NCBI GenBank assembly: GCA_002291925.1
Contig: DBAY01000007.1
Location: forward strand, 7,853-71,852
Source: Alphaproteobacteria bacterium UBA998
GTDB lineage: Bacteria > Pseudomonadota > Alphaproteobacteria > Rickettsiales > UBA998
Reading direction: 5' to 3'
Length of the DNA: 64,000 nt
The position numbers were made by a program, and so were the translations under genes. Below the pieces are notes generated by a model. That model did no database searches, was not told the DNA's origin, and saw only the letters and a list, made by a program, of their open reading frames with translations. Positions 1 to 8,397 of the stretch are shown here, piece after piece. How positions within the stretch are numbered: position 1 is the stretch's first letter; every line of letters begins with the position of its first letter.

Positions 1-86
1 GGGGCGGAAGCGCAGTCAGAGGTATCCTTAAGCCCCCACCCCAACCCTCCCCCTACAGGGGAGGGGGATATGGGGCTCCGCTTCTC

Positions 87-128
87 ACCAAAGACCAGCA
101 ACCAGAGACCAGAAACCAGCAACCACCC
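87..128. repeat. Six tandem heptamers ACCANNN (ACCAAAG ACCAGCA ACCAGAG ACCAGAA ACCAGCA ACCACCC) abutting the stop codon of the hemerythrin gene
   Basis: Read directly from the sequence. Period is 7. A GC-rich hairpin CCCTCCCC-CTACA-GGGGAGGG lies just beyond it at 45-65. Confidence 0.8.
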
Positions 129-617
129 TCACCCCAGCACTTCCTTGATTTTCTTGCCCACCACGGCCACCGGGTTCTCCATGCCGTAGCGGCCTTTTTC
201 GGCGAGCATGCGGTCGGCGATGTCCTCGGCGTCTTGCGCCTGAAAAAGCTGCTTGCCGAGGGTGAAATACTCGCTCTCCTCCTTTTGCATGTGCGTCTCC
301 AGCACCTGGCGCAGGGTGCGCAGCTTGCCAATCCAGTCATCATCCTTGGCGGAGCTGGTCTGGATGTCCATCACCAGCCGCTCCAGCGTGTGATGCTCAT
401 CCATGGCTTCCTGCACGAGATGACGGCCGAGATCGCTGCGGCGCAATTCGCCGTAGAAAATTTCCTCCTCCGGCTTCGCATGCACCATCAGCTCGGTACG
501 GAAATAGCTGAACAGGCGCTTGCGCTGCTCGGCATTGGCCTCCGGCGTCGCCTCGATGGAGTCAAGCACGTCGAGCAGACGGCGATGGTCATTCTTGATG
601 AGTTCGTAGATGTCCAT
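129..617 (-). CDS. Hemerythrin-like (HHE cation-binding) domain protein
   Basis: 162 aa ORF with spaced His/Glu motifs (NDHRRLL, MDEHHTLE, LETHMQKEE) typical of hemerythrin-like four-helix bundles. A GGAGAG Shine-Dalgarno lies just upstream of the ATG. Confidence 0.8.
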   Translation of the reverse strand: MDIYELIKNDHRRLLDVLDSIEATPEANAEQRKRLFSYFRTELMVHAKPEEEIFYGELRRSDLGRHLVQEAMDEHHTLERLVMDIQTSSAKDDDWIGKLRTLRQVLETHMQKEESEYFTLGKQLFQAQDAEDIADRMLAEKGRYGMENPVAVVGKKIKEVLG

Positions 618-890
618 GGGTTCTCTCCGCCCTGTTAGTCCGCCCCGGAACCGGGGGAGTTGTGTAGCAGGCTGCCCTGCGAACTGCGGCTGTGGTTGCC
701 GGTGCCTTCGTCCTGCGCGCCGGGCTGCGTCGCATCCGCCGAGCCGCCGGAGCCTTCATCAAAAGAGCGGGCCTGGCGGTTTTCGGCGTCATGCGCGCTC
801 ATCGGGGCACCGCCGCTGGTGACGACGCTGCCTGCTTCCGCGCCGCCCGTACCGGCAGCGCCCTGGCCCTCCATGCCGCCCCGGCTGGCG

Positions 891-1274
891 TCAGCGCGGG
901 AGATCTCTCGCGCTGACGCCCGGCTTGCCACCGTCACCGGGGACGAACTGCCCGGCGGATTGCTCATCCGACACACCGCCGCGCACGGCCAGCCCCGTGG
1001 TATCCACGCCGGAGCCCGCGACGCCGCCGGACGCCCCGGTAAAGCCCGCTCCCGGTGCCGGATTGCTGCCGGAGGTGGGCTGCTTCTGCGCCCGCGCCTG
1101 CGCGGTGGCGGAGCCGCCGGGGTCGCGCGCCACGCCTTGCTCCGTCTGCATGCCGTAGCCGCCGACAGCGGGTACGTCCTGCGGTTTTACCTCCGGCGTA
1201 TTTTCATCGGCGCGGTCGAGCACGTCGATGTCCGTATCCGAGCCGTAGCCGCGTTCGAGTTCCTTGTCGCTCAT
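891..1274 (-). CDS. Acidic Gly/Ser/Ala-rich low-complexity protein; the frame may continue to 635 after a frameshift
   Basis: ATG at 1274 is preceded by a strong AAGGAGAG SD. The product MSDKELERGYGSDTDIDVLD... is low complexity. The stop lies inside a 28-bp near-palindrome (890-917). The downstream ORF 635-976, in another frame, has the same composition. Confidence 0.5.
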   Translation of the reverse strand: MSDKELERGYGSDTDIDVLDRADENTPEVKPQDVPAVGGYGMQTEQGVARDPGGSATAQARAQKQPTSGSNPAPGAGFTGASGGVAGSGVDTTGLAVRGGVSDEQSAGQFVPGDGGKPGVSARDLPR

Positions 1275-1415
1275 GGGTCTCTCCTTTTTGCTTACTTCAG
1301 CCGGTTGCATTTCAACTCTCGATGGGCAAAGCAGCGTGATGTATCAGCATAGGGTAGGTAACAAGCGTTCTTCCGTTTGCTAGGTGAGGGACTAGAGTGG
1401 TATGAAGCCCTCATC

Positions 1416-1497
1416 GTTAGTCGAGCGCAGCAGGCGCGAGTCAGCCATGAGCCCGCGAAGCGGCGCCCATTGCGGAGCGCAGGAAGCGCGTAGCAGG
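1416..1497 (+). repeat. Copy A of an ~80-nt dispersed intergenic element (partner at 61278-61359)
   Basis: Shares GTTAGTCGAG, a 27-nt identical core GAGTCAGCCATGAGCCCGCGAAGCGGC (1438-1464 = 61300-61326) and CCCATTGCGGAG with the second copy, in the same orientation. Confidence 0.75.
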
Positions 1498-1514
1498 GGT
1501 GAAACTAATACACT

Positions 1515-2522
1515 ATGAAACTCACCATTTTCGGCGCGGGCGCGATTGGCAGTGAATTCGGCGGGCACCTTGCCGCTTCAGGCGCAGACGTCACCCTGAT
1601 CGGGCGCGGGCCCCATGCTGAGGCGATGGCCGAGCGCGGGCTGGTGATGGCCACCGCTGAATCCCGCCGGACCGTGGCGGTGCGAGTGGTAACGGATGCG
1701 GCGGCGCTGCCGAAGCAGGACGTGGTGATTGTCTGCGTGAAGGCGCATGCGGTGGAACGGGCAGCCGAGCAAATCGCGGCGCTGCTGCATGAGGAAAGCC
1801 TGGCTGTCTTCGCGCTGAACGGCCTGCCGTGGTGGTATTTCCAGAATCATGGCGGCCGCTTTGACGGGGCCATTCTCCGCTCGCTGGATCCGGAAGGGCA
1901 TATCACCCGCACCCTCCCGGCGAAGCATGTCATCGGCACGGCGGTCTATCAGGCCACCACCATCACCGCGCCGGGGGAAATCCACTACCTCGATCTGCCC
2001 TATAACACCATGTATCTCGGCGAGCTTGACCGCAGCTTAAGCCCGCGCCTGCAGAAGCTGGAAGCGATGCTGAAAGAAGGTGGCATCCGCACGCATGCGC
2101 TGGAGGATATCCGCGCAAAAATCTGGGACAAATTATGGGGCAACATCGCCTTCAACCCGGTCACCGCGCTGACCCACGCCACCATGGACGCGGTGGTGCA
2201 GAGCTATGACGATACCGACCTGATGGAAGCCATTATGAATGAAGCGCGGACGGTGGGCGAGAAAATCGGCGTCACGTTCGTCGGCCGCCCGTGGAACAAG
2301 CTGGAGACGTCCGCGCGCCTTGTCGGCCACAAGACCTCCATGCTGCAGGACATCGATGCGGGCCGCCCGACGGAGATCGAGGCCATCGTCGGCGCGGTGC
2401 GCGAGATTGGCAAATGGCTGGAGGTGGAGATGCCCCACCTCAACGGGCTCTACAGCCTCATCCGGCTGAAGGAGCGCTTCTACCGCCCCGCCGGGTCGGG
2501 GAACGAGACGCGGCCTTCCTGA
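1515..2522 (+). CDS. panE: 2-dehydropantoate 2-reductase (ketopantoate reductase, ApbA/PanE family)
   Basis: N-terminal Rossmann motif MKLTIFGAGAIGSEFGG, a length of 335 aa, and the C-terminal KTSMLQDIDAGRPTEIEAI motif typical of PanE. Confidence 0.8.
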   Translation: MKLTIFGAGAIGSEFGGHLAASGADVTLIGRGPHAEAMAERGLVMATAESRRTVAVRVVTDAAALPKQDVVIVCVKAHAVERAAEQIAALLHEESLAVFALNGLPWWYFQNHGGRFDGAILRSLDPEGHITRTLPAKHVIGTAVYQATTITAPGEIHYLDLPYNTMYLGELDRSLSPRLQKLEAMLKEGGIRTHALEDIRAKIWDKLWGNIAFNPVTALTHATMDAVVQSYDDTDLMEAIMNEARTVGEKIGVTFVGRPWNKLETSARLVGHKTSMLQDIDAGRPTEIEAIVGAVREIGKWLEVEMPHLNGLYSLIRLKERFYRPAGSGNETRPS

Positions 2523-3064
2523 AGGTCGGTAAGTTCCTGCGCCGCCAGCGCCGCTGCTGCCCCACGCAGATAGCCCGCCATGATGCGCAGTTGGTCGTCC
2601 GTCGCGGTGGCCGTGCCGTAGAGATTGCGTCGCAGCGAATCATGCAGCGCCTCTTCATTGCCGCGCAGGGCCAGCTCATAGGCCTGCAAGCGGCCATAAA
2701 AGGCATTGGCCATCGCCTTCATCTTGCGGCCGACGCTCAAATCCCCCACGCCGATTTCGCGCAAGGAGCGGTCCATGTCCTCCATGAACACCTCGATCAG
2801 CAGGCGCTCGAAGCCGCTTTCCTGCGCGTCGAAGCGGCCGCCATGCGACTCCTTCAACCGCTGCAGCACGAGGAACATGTGCGTGAGGATCAGCTCGAAG
2901 CGGCCATTCAGCGTGTCGGGCACGCCGGCAGCCGTATAGAAAAAGGGGTTTCGTGATTGTTCCACTAGTGCTAAATACAACACATGCGCCCGCTGGCGTT
3001 CAGCGGACGGAAAGAACAGGCGAGTCAACTGGCTAAGCATCCGGTATTCCTTTTCTCGATGCAC
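2480..3064 (-). CDS. Ubiquinol-cytochrome c chaperone (Cbp3/UQCC1-like) family protein
   Basis: Motifs GVPDTLNGRFELILTHMFLVLQRL and LREIGVGDLSVGRKMKAMANAFYGR match the alphaproteobacterial Ubiq_cyt_C_chap family. It is divergent from bamE, as is usual in Alphaproteobacteria. An alternative start at 3040 (MLSQ...) would avoid overlap with bamE. Confidence 0.75.
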   Translation of the reverse strand: MHREKEYRMLSQLTRLFFPSAERQRAHVLYLALVEQSRNPFFYTAAGVPDTLNGRFELILTHMFLVLQRLKESHGGRFDAQESGFERLLIEVFMEDMDRSLREIGVGDLSVGRKMKAMANAFYGRLQAYELALRGNEEALHDSLRRNLYGTATATDDQLRIMAGYLRGAAAALAAQELTDLQEGRVSFPDPAGR

Positions 3065-3535
3065 ATCGCGTCTTCCTTATATAGCGCCGTTTCCGCGTTT
3101 CGCCAGCCGTTGATGCTGGCGGTGCTGATGGGGCTGGCCACCTGCTCGCCCAAGGTGGATTCAAGGGGCCATGTCGATGCGCTAAAGCAGATCGACCAGC
3201 TCATCGTGGGCCGCAGCCACAAGCAGGACGTGATGCGGCTGCTCGGCTCGCCCTCCACCACCTCCACCTTCGGCGAGGAGCGCTGGTATTACATCACCGC
3301 CCGCAAGGAAGCGTTCGGCTTCCTCGCCCCCAAAGTCACCCAGCAGAACGTGACGCAGATCACCTTCGATGCCGACGGCATGGTCTCCGCCATCGAGCGC
3401 CACGGCCTGAACGAGCGCCGCGACATCGAGGTGACGCAGGACATTACCCCCACCGAAGGCCACCAGCTCGGCTTCTTCGAACAGCTCCTCGGCAATGTCG
3501 GCCGCTTCAACAAGCCCCCGCAAGAGGCGCGGTAA
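3059..3535 (+). CDS. bamE: Outer membrane protein assembly factor BamE (SmpA/OmlA lipoprotein)
   Basis: Internal ATG at 3059 gives a signal peptide with lipobox LATC. The SmpA/OmlA core reads IVGRSHKQDVMRLLGSPSTTSTFGEERWYYI. Confidence 0.85.
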   Translation: MHIASSLYSAVSAFRQPLMLAVLMGLATCSPKVDSRGHVDALKQIDQLIVGRSHKQDVMRLLGSPSTTSTFGEERWYYITARKEAFGFLAPKVTQQNVTQITFDADGMVSAIERHGLNERRDIEVTQDITPTEGHQLGFFEQLLGNVGRFNKPPQEAR

Positions 3536-3565
3536 GTTCCTAAGATACCTGTAAAATACCGTCAA

Positions 3566-3584
3566 AGGTTAACGTCGTTAACCT
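3566..3584 (+). terminator. Hairpin AGGTTAAC-GTC-GTTAACCT downstream of bamE (weak T tract)
   Basis: Perfect 8-bp stem read from the sequence, followed by AAATTTAAT rather than a clean U-run. Confidence 0.35.
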
Positions 3585-3637
3585 AAATTTAATCCATTCT
3601 TTGCTAATATCAATCCATTGGGATCAGGAGTTCCTTG

Positions 3638-5188
3638 ATGGCACAAGATATCCGTTCGTTTGATGCGTCCGTCATTGACGAGGGAATGACACGCTATCGC
3701 GTCGAGCTGGCATCCCCTTCAGGACGTGAGTCACGTTTGGATATTCACGCCAGAACGCCCTTGCCTGAGGAAATCAGATTTGGAGAGCGTTCAAACATCC
3801 GTTTCACATTAGATGAAGATGGACACCGACTGAATCCGAACCAACGAGAAGAGGCCGCTCAGAGATTTCGGCAAGAAGCGGAAAAGCGTTTTCCCGAAGG
3901 AACCAGAATCACTGCGGAGCAAAATCAGATTGATGCCCGCCGTACCAATTTCGCCGTGGAATTCCCTGCCGGCCATACTCCTGACGCTGCCGATGTTCGG
4001 GCGGTGGTAGAGTCGGCGCATGGGGCAGGGATTGTTAGTGACGCAGGCCGTCTGGGGGCGATTGATCACGAATTGCGCCAAAACCCCCAACGCCTCTTTG
4101 CGCCGGGGCAAAACGGAGCCCGCCATTTGGCCCGGATTCAGGAGGGGGCAGGGGGTAACCAGCTTGTTTTCAATGCAGAACTCACGCGCCTTAGCCGTGG
4201 AACGGAGCTGGTTATTGAGCCTCGGCCGGATGGCTCGCACGTCATCCGTCCGGTCGAAGCGTCCCCCTCGATGAGTGGCATCCAATCGGCGGAGGAAATT
4301 CGCAATCACTTGAACGCTGCAGGTATTCGTACCGAAACTCCTTTTCCTGCGCCTGAAGGGGCGGATGTCACGACGCGTCTTGAACGCGGGCATGGGGTCG
4401 TCTCTGTGCCTCCGGGGGCCAGTTCTCAAGAGATCCTAGGCGCGATGGGCCGTCCACAAACCCTGCCCAATAAGACGGTGGTTAACCCGCCGATCATTGC
4501 CCCCGAGGCGGCACGCATCGCCGCAGAACAGCCGGGGTTTGGAACGCCAGACCTGCGCGGACATTCTGTGGCGGCTGAAGTTGGGGGGCGTGCCGCTGGC
4601 ACGGGAGCCCATGCGCCAACCCCTGAAGGACACGCGCCGCGCGGGCGACGCATAGGTGGCGGCGTGTTTGGCATCGCTCTAGGGGCAGGGATTGCCGGGG
4701 TGAGCCAATTCATCGCCACGGGTAGCGCACAGGCCGCTGTGACCGCCGCAAGGGATGCCGCCGGGGGTACAGTTGTTGACGGTGTGCGTGAGGGTAATTA
4801 CGGACGGGCAGCCCGTGACACCGTGGAATTACTGGATCCTACCGGTGTGGTGGGTGGCTTGCGAGCCATCCGTGAAAACAGGAATCCTGATTTGCAAATG
4901 GAGCATCAACAGGCCGCACGCGGCAATGTGGGGCGCCATATGGTGCGGCGAATCGAAGGGTTCGACGATCCGGCCCCCGGCGCGGCACCCGGATCGGCGC
5001 CGCCGCAAAATCGTACGCCTGAGGAGCCGGCGAGAGGGATGGACTCGAACGTCCTTGCCCAAGCCCAGAGTGCCGTAGCTGGAATGGAAACTCCGGTGGC
5101 CTGCCACGGAACGCCGGATGGTTCCCAGTTTTCCCCTGCGGCATGCCCACGCACGCTGGAGCCGGCCCAAAGTGTTGGGCGGGGCTAG
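3638..5188 (+). CDS. Orphan hypothetical protein with a Gly/Ala-rich hydrophobic segment
   Basis: AGGAG SD 8 nt upstream of the ATG at 3638. The 5' half is visibly lower in GC than its neighbours. One predicted TM-like stretch (GGGVFGIALGAGIAGVSQFIATG). No recognisable family motifs. Confidence 0.6.
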   Translation: MAQDIRSFDASVIDEGMTRYRVELASPSGRESRLDIHARTPLPEEIRFGERSNIRFTLDEDGHRLNPNQREEAAQRFRQEAEKRFPEGTRITAEQNQIDARRTNFAVEFPAGHTPDAADVRAVVESAHGAGIVSDAGRLGAIDHELRQNPQRLFAPGQNGARHLARIQEGAGGNQLVFNAELTRLSRGTELVIEPRPDGSHVIRPVEASPSMSGIQSAEEIRNHLNAAGIRTETPFPAPEGADVTTRLERGHGVVSVPPGASSQEILGAMGRPQTLPNKTVVNPPIIAPEAARIAAEQPGFGTPDLRGHSVAAEVGGRAAGTGAHAPTPEGHAPRGRRIGGGVFGIALGAGIAGVSQFIATGSAQAAVTAARDAAGGTVVDGVREGNYGRAARDTVELLDPTGVVGGLRAIRENRNPDLQMEHQQAARGNVGRHMVRRIEGFDDPAPGAAPGSAPPQNRTPEEPARGMDSNVLAQAQSAVAGMETPVACHGTPDGSQFSPAACPRTLEPAQSVGRG

Positions 5189-5242
5189 GGATGGTGGGAC
5201 GGCTTGCCGCGCGGCTGCATGTCCGCTACGCTAGGTGCCTGC

Positions 5243-5319
5243 GATCCCGTAGCTCAGCTGGATAGAGCATCTGCCTTCTAAGCAGAATGTCGGGGGTTCG
5301 AGTCCCTCCGGGATCGCCA
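5243..5319 (+). tRNA. tRNA-Arg (anticodon TCT), CCA encoded
   Basis: Manual cloverleaf. Acceptor stem GATCCCG/CGGGATC. D arm GCTC-AGCTGGATA-GAGC. Anticodon stem TCTGC/GCAGA with loop CTTCTAA (TCT at 5277-5279). T arm GGGGG-TTCGAGT-CCCTC. Discriminator G, then CCA. Confidence 0.93.
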
Positions 5320-5380
5320 GACATGCTAGTCAGGTTTAATTCCGCAAAGAGCGAAGCCAGAGGCTTTTCGTCCGCGTGTG

Positions 5381-6496
5381 CTAGCGGACGGCGCGCTTGA
5401 GCAGACGCAGCGGGAATGACATCGGACGCGGCTGCTCCTGCGGTGGCACCTCTTTCACCGCCATGCGTGCCATCAGCTCCTGTTCGTTGCGCCATGCATT
5501 GATCTGTGCGGCAAAGGCCGCTTCATGCGCCCGCTGCTCGTGGCGGTAATCGCCCTCTTCGTTACGGAAGGCCATCGTCGGGTGATCGGCCGTCCAGGAG
5601 CGCGGCGTATTGCACATGAGCAGGGGCTGCCACCCCGCCGGAAGATGCCACGTGCCGCGGAACACGTAATCCCTGGCATTGGAGAGGTAGATTAGCCCGC
5701 CGATGACTGTCAGGCGGGCGAAGAGCGGGAGGTAGTAATCCACATGCTGCTGCTCCATCTCCTGCAGGCTTTCCACATTGATGGCGATGTCAAAGCTGCG
5801 ATCCGGCAGCGACGGCGTCTGCCAGGCGGGCATGATGTAGCAGTCGAACTCCTGGCTGTAGGTGTCGCCATTGTAGAAGGAGCCGATCTTCAGATCGGGA
5901 AATTGCTGGCGCATGTAGAGGAAGGCATACATCAGCGAGCCGGGCACGGCGTCCACCAGCACGTAATGCATCTTGCCGGGGACCATGCTGAGCATCGCCT
6001 CGGCCAGACGCCCGTAACCGCCGCCGACCTCGAAGACGCGCAGCCGCTCGCCGCTGGCCGGTGTGATGCGGTTGAAAGCCGTGATGAGCGCCACGTCCAT
6101 CAGGCTGCCAAGGTCGGTCTCACGCCAGCCGTATTTCTGGCCGTACGCGAGCAGATCCCCGGGAAGCTGCCGGTCATGATCCAGCGCCCGCAGGAAAGGC
6201 TCGTATTTGGTGACCGAATGGGCCTGAAGCGGCTGCATGCCGGTGACGCCGACCCACGGGTCGAGCATCAGCGCCAGGTTGCTGTATTTCTCCTTGTAGA
6301 GCGATTCCGTGTAGCTGCTGATGCGCGACTGACTCGGCGTCTTGCCAAGGTTCTGGTTCCAGTGGTCGGACGGCGCCAGGGCACCGCCATGCGCCAGCAT
6401 GTCGGCCACAATCGCGTCAAACATGGCCTTGTCACCCTGACGGGCAAAACGGCTGCTGCTGTTGTTGAACTGCAGGGGCGTCGAAGTGAAGGGCAC
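5381..6496 (-). CDS. Class I SAM-dependent methyltransferase, putative sugar O-methyltransferase type
   Basis: Motif I VFEVGGGYGRLAE. The overall layout resembles the putative sugar O-methyltransferases found in O-antigen clusters. Confidence 0.65.
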   Translation of the reverse strand: MPFTSTPLQFNNSSSRFARQGDKAMFDAIVADMLAHGGALAPSDHWNQNLGKTPSQSRISSYTESLYKEKYSNLALMLDPWVGVTGMQPLQAHSVTKYEPFLRALDHDRQLPGDLLAYGQKYGWRETDLGSLMDVALITAFNRITPASGERLRVFEVGGGYGRLAEAMLSMVPGKMHYVLVDAVPGSLMYAFLYMRQQFPDLKIGSFYNGDTYSQEFDCYIMPAWQTPSLPDRSFDIAINVESLQEMEQQHVDYYLPLFARLTVIGGLIYLSNARDYVFRGTWHLPAGWQPLLMCNTPRSWTADHPTMAFRNEEGDYRHEQRAHEAAFAAQINAWRNEQELMARMAVKEVPPQEQPRPMSFPLRLLKRAVR

Positions 6497-6664
6497 GGAA
6501 AACTCCTATCTTTCCTAAAACACGTTACGGTAAGGGGTACTGCTCTGCGGGACTCGGCGCAACCCCAGACTCGGTGTTGCGGGCACCAAAGCGCTTCAGC
6601 AAAGCGATGGAGGGCGTTCCGGCACGGAAGATGCACGCCCCGGTGCGATCTGGTGACGCGGCGT

Positions 6665-8146
6665 TCATGAGGTCATCACTTCGCGGCCGAACAGGTCGGG
6701 GTCGATGCTAATGCTGCCGTGAATGCCGAGATTCATCTGGTCGACGATCGGCCCGCATAGCATGTCCACGGCGACCCCCAGGGGCTGCACCATGCTCTGC
6801 CAGTAGCGGTAGATCATCTTCGGGTGTTCGCCCATCAGCACCGTCAGGCGGCTGCCTTGCGGCATGAAAATGGCGTTGGCGCAGGCCGCGCCGGTGGCGC
6901 TGATGACGTGCCTTGCATGGGTGAAATACTGCACCTGTTCGTGGAAGGAGAGCTTTTCCGGGTCCAGAATCGCATAGCCGGCCTCGCGGGCGATGCGCTC
7001 CAGCGTATCGTTATTGACGACACGGCGGATGCCCCTGCTGCGCCGCAGGTAAATGCGCTCTGGCCAGTCCCGTTGCGCGAGGTTGAACGCCTGTTTCATC
7101 AGGTGATCGCGCAGGAGGCGGAGCGCGTCGGGCGAGAATTTTCCGTGGGAATGCTGCTCGCCTTCCCCGCCCCGCTGATCGAACGGCACATAGCCGGTAG
7201 GGGTGGTGACATAAAGGCGATCCGCCCAGACCGTCCCAAAGGTGGGAAGCGTGTAAATCAGCCGGTCGCCGCAGACCAGAAAGAGCGAGTTCATCAAGTT
7301 TTCATGCAGCCCGCCATTCACGATGATGGGGACGCCACTGAAACGCGGCTCACGGCAGAACAGATGAATCCGTGGCAGCACCTCGCTCATCCAGTGGGCG
7401 TAATTTCCAGCGCAGCTATCGACAAAACTGGCGGCGACTGGAATGGAAGCCGGGGGAACTGTGTTAATCCGGCGGCGAATGGTGCCCCGACCGATATTCA
7501 GTAGCACCCGGCTATGTAACTCTTCCGAAGTGCGGTCTGTCTCAAATCGATACAGGTCATGATATAAAGCCTTCCCTTGAAGTAAGGCCACTTGCTTGGG
7601 CAGAAATACAAGATTGGTTGCCCCCTGTTGTACGGCGTCATGCGTTTCAAAAATTTTTACGGCTGGAAATAAGAAACTTTCTTCTTTTGTAAGGCGATGT
7701 GGGATTTTTCCTTGCAGGCCGATTACACGTAACGGCGGCAGGTAAACGACAGTCTCTGGCAGTGCGGTTTCACAGCACAAAGAAGGATATTCCGCTAAGT
7801 ATTCGTTATGCCGTGTAAGCTTTGCTGTAGATGTAAACAAAGGCTGCGGGAGTAGTCGAAAAATTAGCTGGCGAAATTTGTGCCAGTATTTTGGGGCGGC
7901 ATAGCGCACATGTCGGTGCAGAAACCTCCAGCCGTAAAGGCAGAGCCGGTGCAGGACTGGCACACGGCGGATCGTGCGCCGGTAGATTGAAAGCAGCCGG
8001 GGAAAATCGGAGATGTTGAGGGGTTTTCTCTCCAATCTCTTCGCCGCCTCGCAGAGCTCGATGATCCTCGGCGTCAGCGGCGGAGTGGCGGCCGATGGCG
8101 CCCCGCCCATGTCCTCCGCAGAGAGATGTGCGCTGTCCCGGGTCAT
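6665..8146 (-). CDS. Glycosyltransferase family 61 (DUF563)-like protein
   Basis: The C-terminal two thirds carry DUF563-like motifs (FVDSCAGNYAHWMSEVLPRI; LSFHEQVQYFTHARHVISATGAACANAIFM). The N-terminal ~215 aa are encoded by visibly lower-GC DNA. Confidence 0.65.
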   Translation of the reverse strand: MTRDSAHLSAEDMGGAPSAATPPLTPRIIELCEAAKRLERKPLNISDFPRLLSIYRRTIRRVPVLHRLCLYGWRFLHRHVRYAAPKYWHKFRQLIFRLLPQPLFTSTAKLTRHNEYLAEYPSLCCETALPETVVYLPPLRVIGLQGKIPHRLTKEESFLFPAVKIFETHDAVQQGATNLVFLPKQVALLQGKALYHDLYRFETDRTSEELHSRVLLNIGRGTIRRRINTVPPASIPVAASFVDSCAGNYAHWMSEVLPRIHLFCREPRFSGVPIIVNGGLHENLMNSLFLVCGDRLIYTLPTFGTVWADRLYVTTPTGYVPFDQRGGEGEQHSHGKFSPDALRLLRDHLMKQAFNLAQRDWPERIYLRRSRGIRRVVNNDTLERIAREAGYAILDPEKLSFHEQVQYFTHARHVISATGAACANAIFMPQGSRLTVLMGEHPKMIYRYWQSMVQPLGVAVDMLCGPIVDQMNLGIHGSISIDPDLFGREVMTS

Positions 8147-8397
8147 GAGATGAACGAATGGCGCGCGGCCTGGGCCGCCTGCTGCCGATTCATAAAGATG
8201 ACGTTGCTGTACAAATCCATCATAGGCGGCAAGTCAATAATATGGCAATCGTTCAAAGGCATGCCGCCATCCTTAGCCATTTTCAGGCAGAATACAAAGA
8301 AAACGTAGCAGTCCATACAGGATGGCGCAGCAATTGTCACGTTGCCATGAAACAAGCTGTTTGACTCGCTAGTGCAATACGATAACCTTGGTCAGTA

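Noticed and set aside
87-128. Heptamer arrays (also 60151-60184) as CRISPR or coding tandem repeats
   Set aside because: The units are 7 nt with no spacers, span only 35-42 nt in total, and lie outside the supported ORFs. They are not CRISPR-like.
2480-2522. 43-nt convergent overlap of panE and the Cbp3-like gene as a regulatory antisense arrangement
   Set aside because: Both C-termini are non-conserved tails, and the overlap could simply reflect late stops in GC-rich sequence. There is no further structure to support a function.
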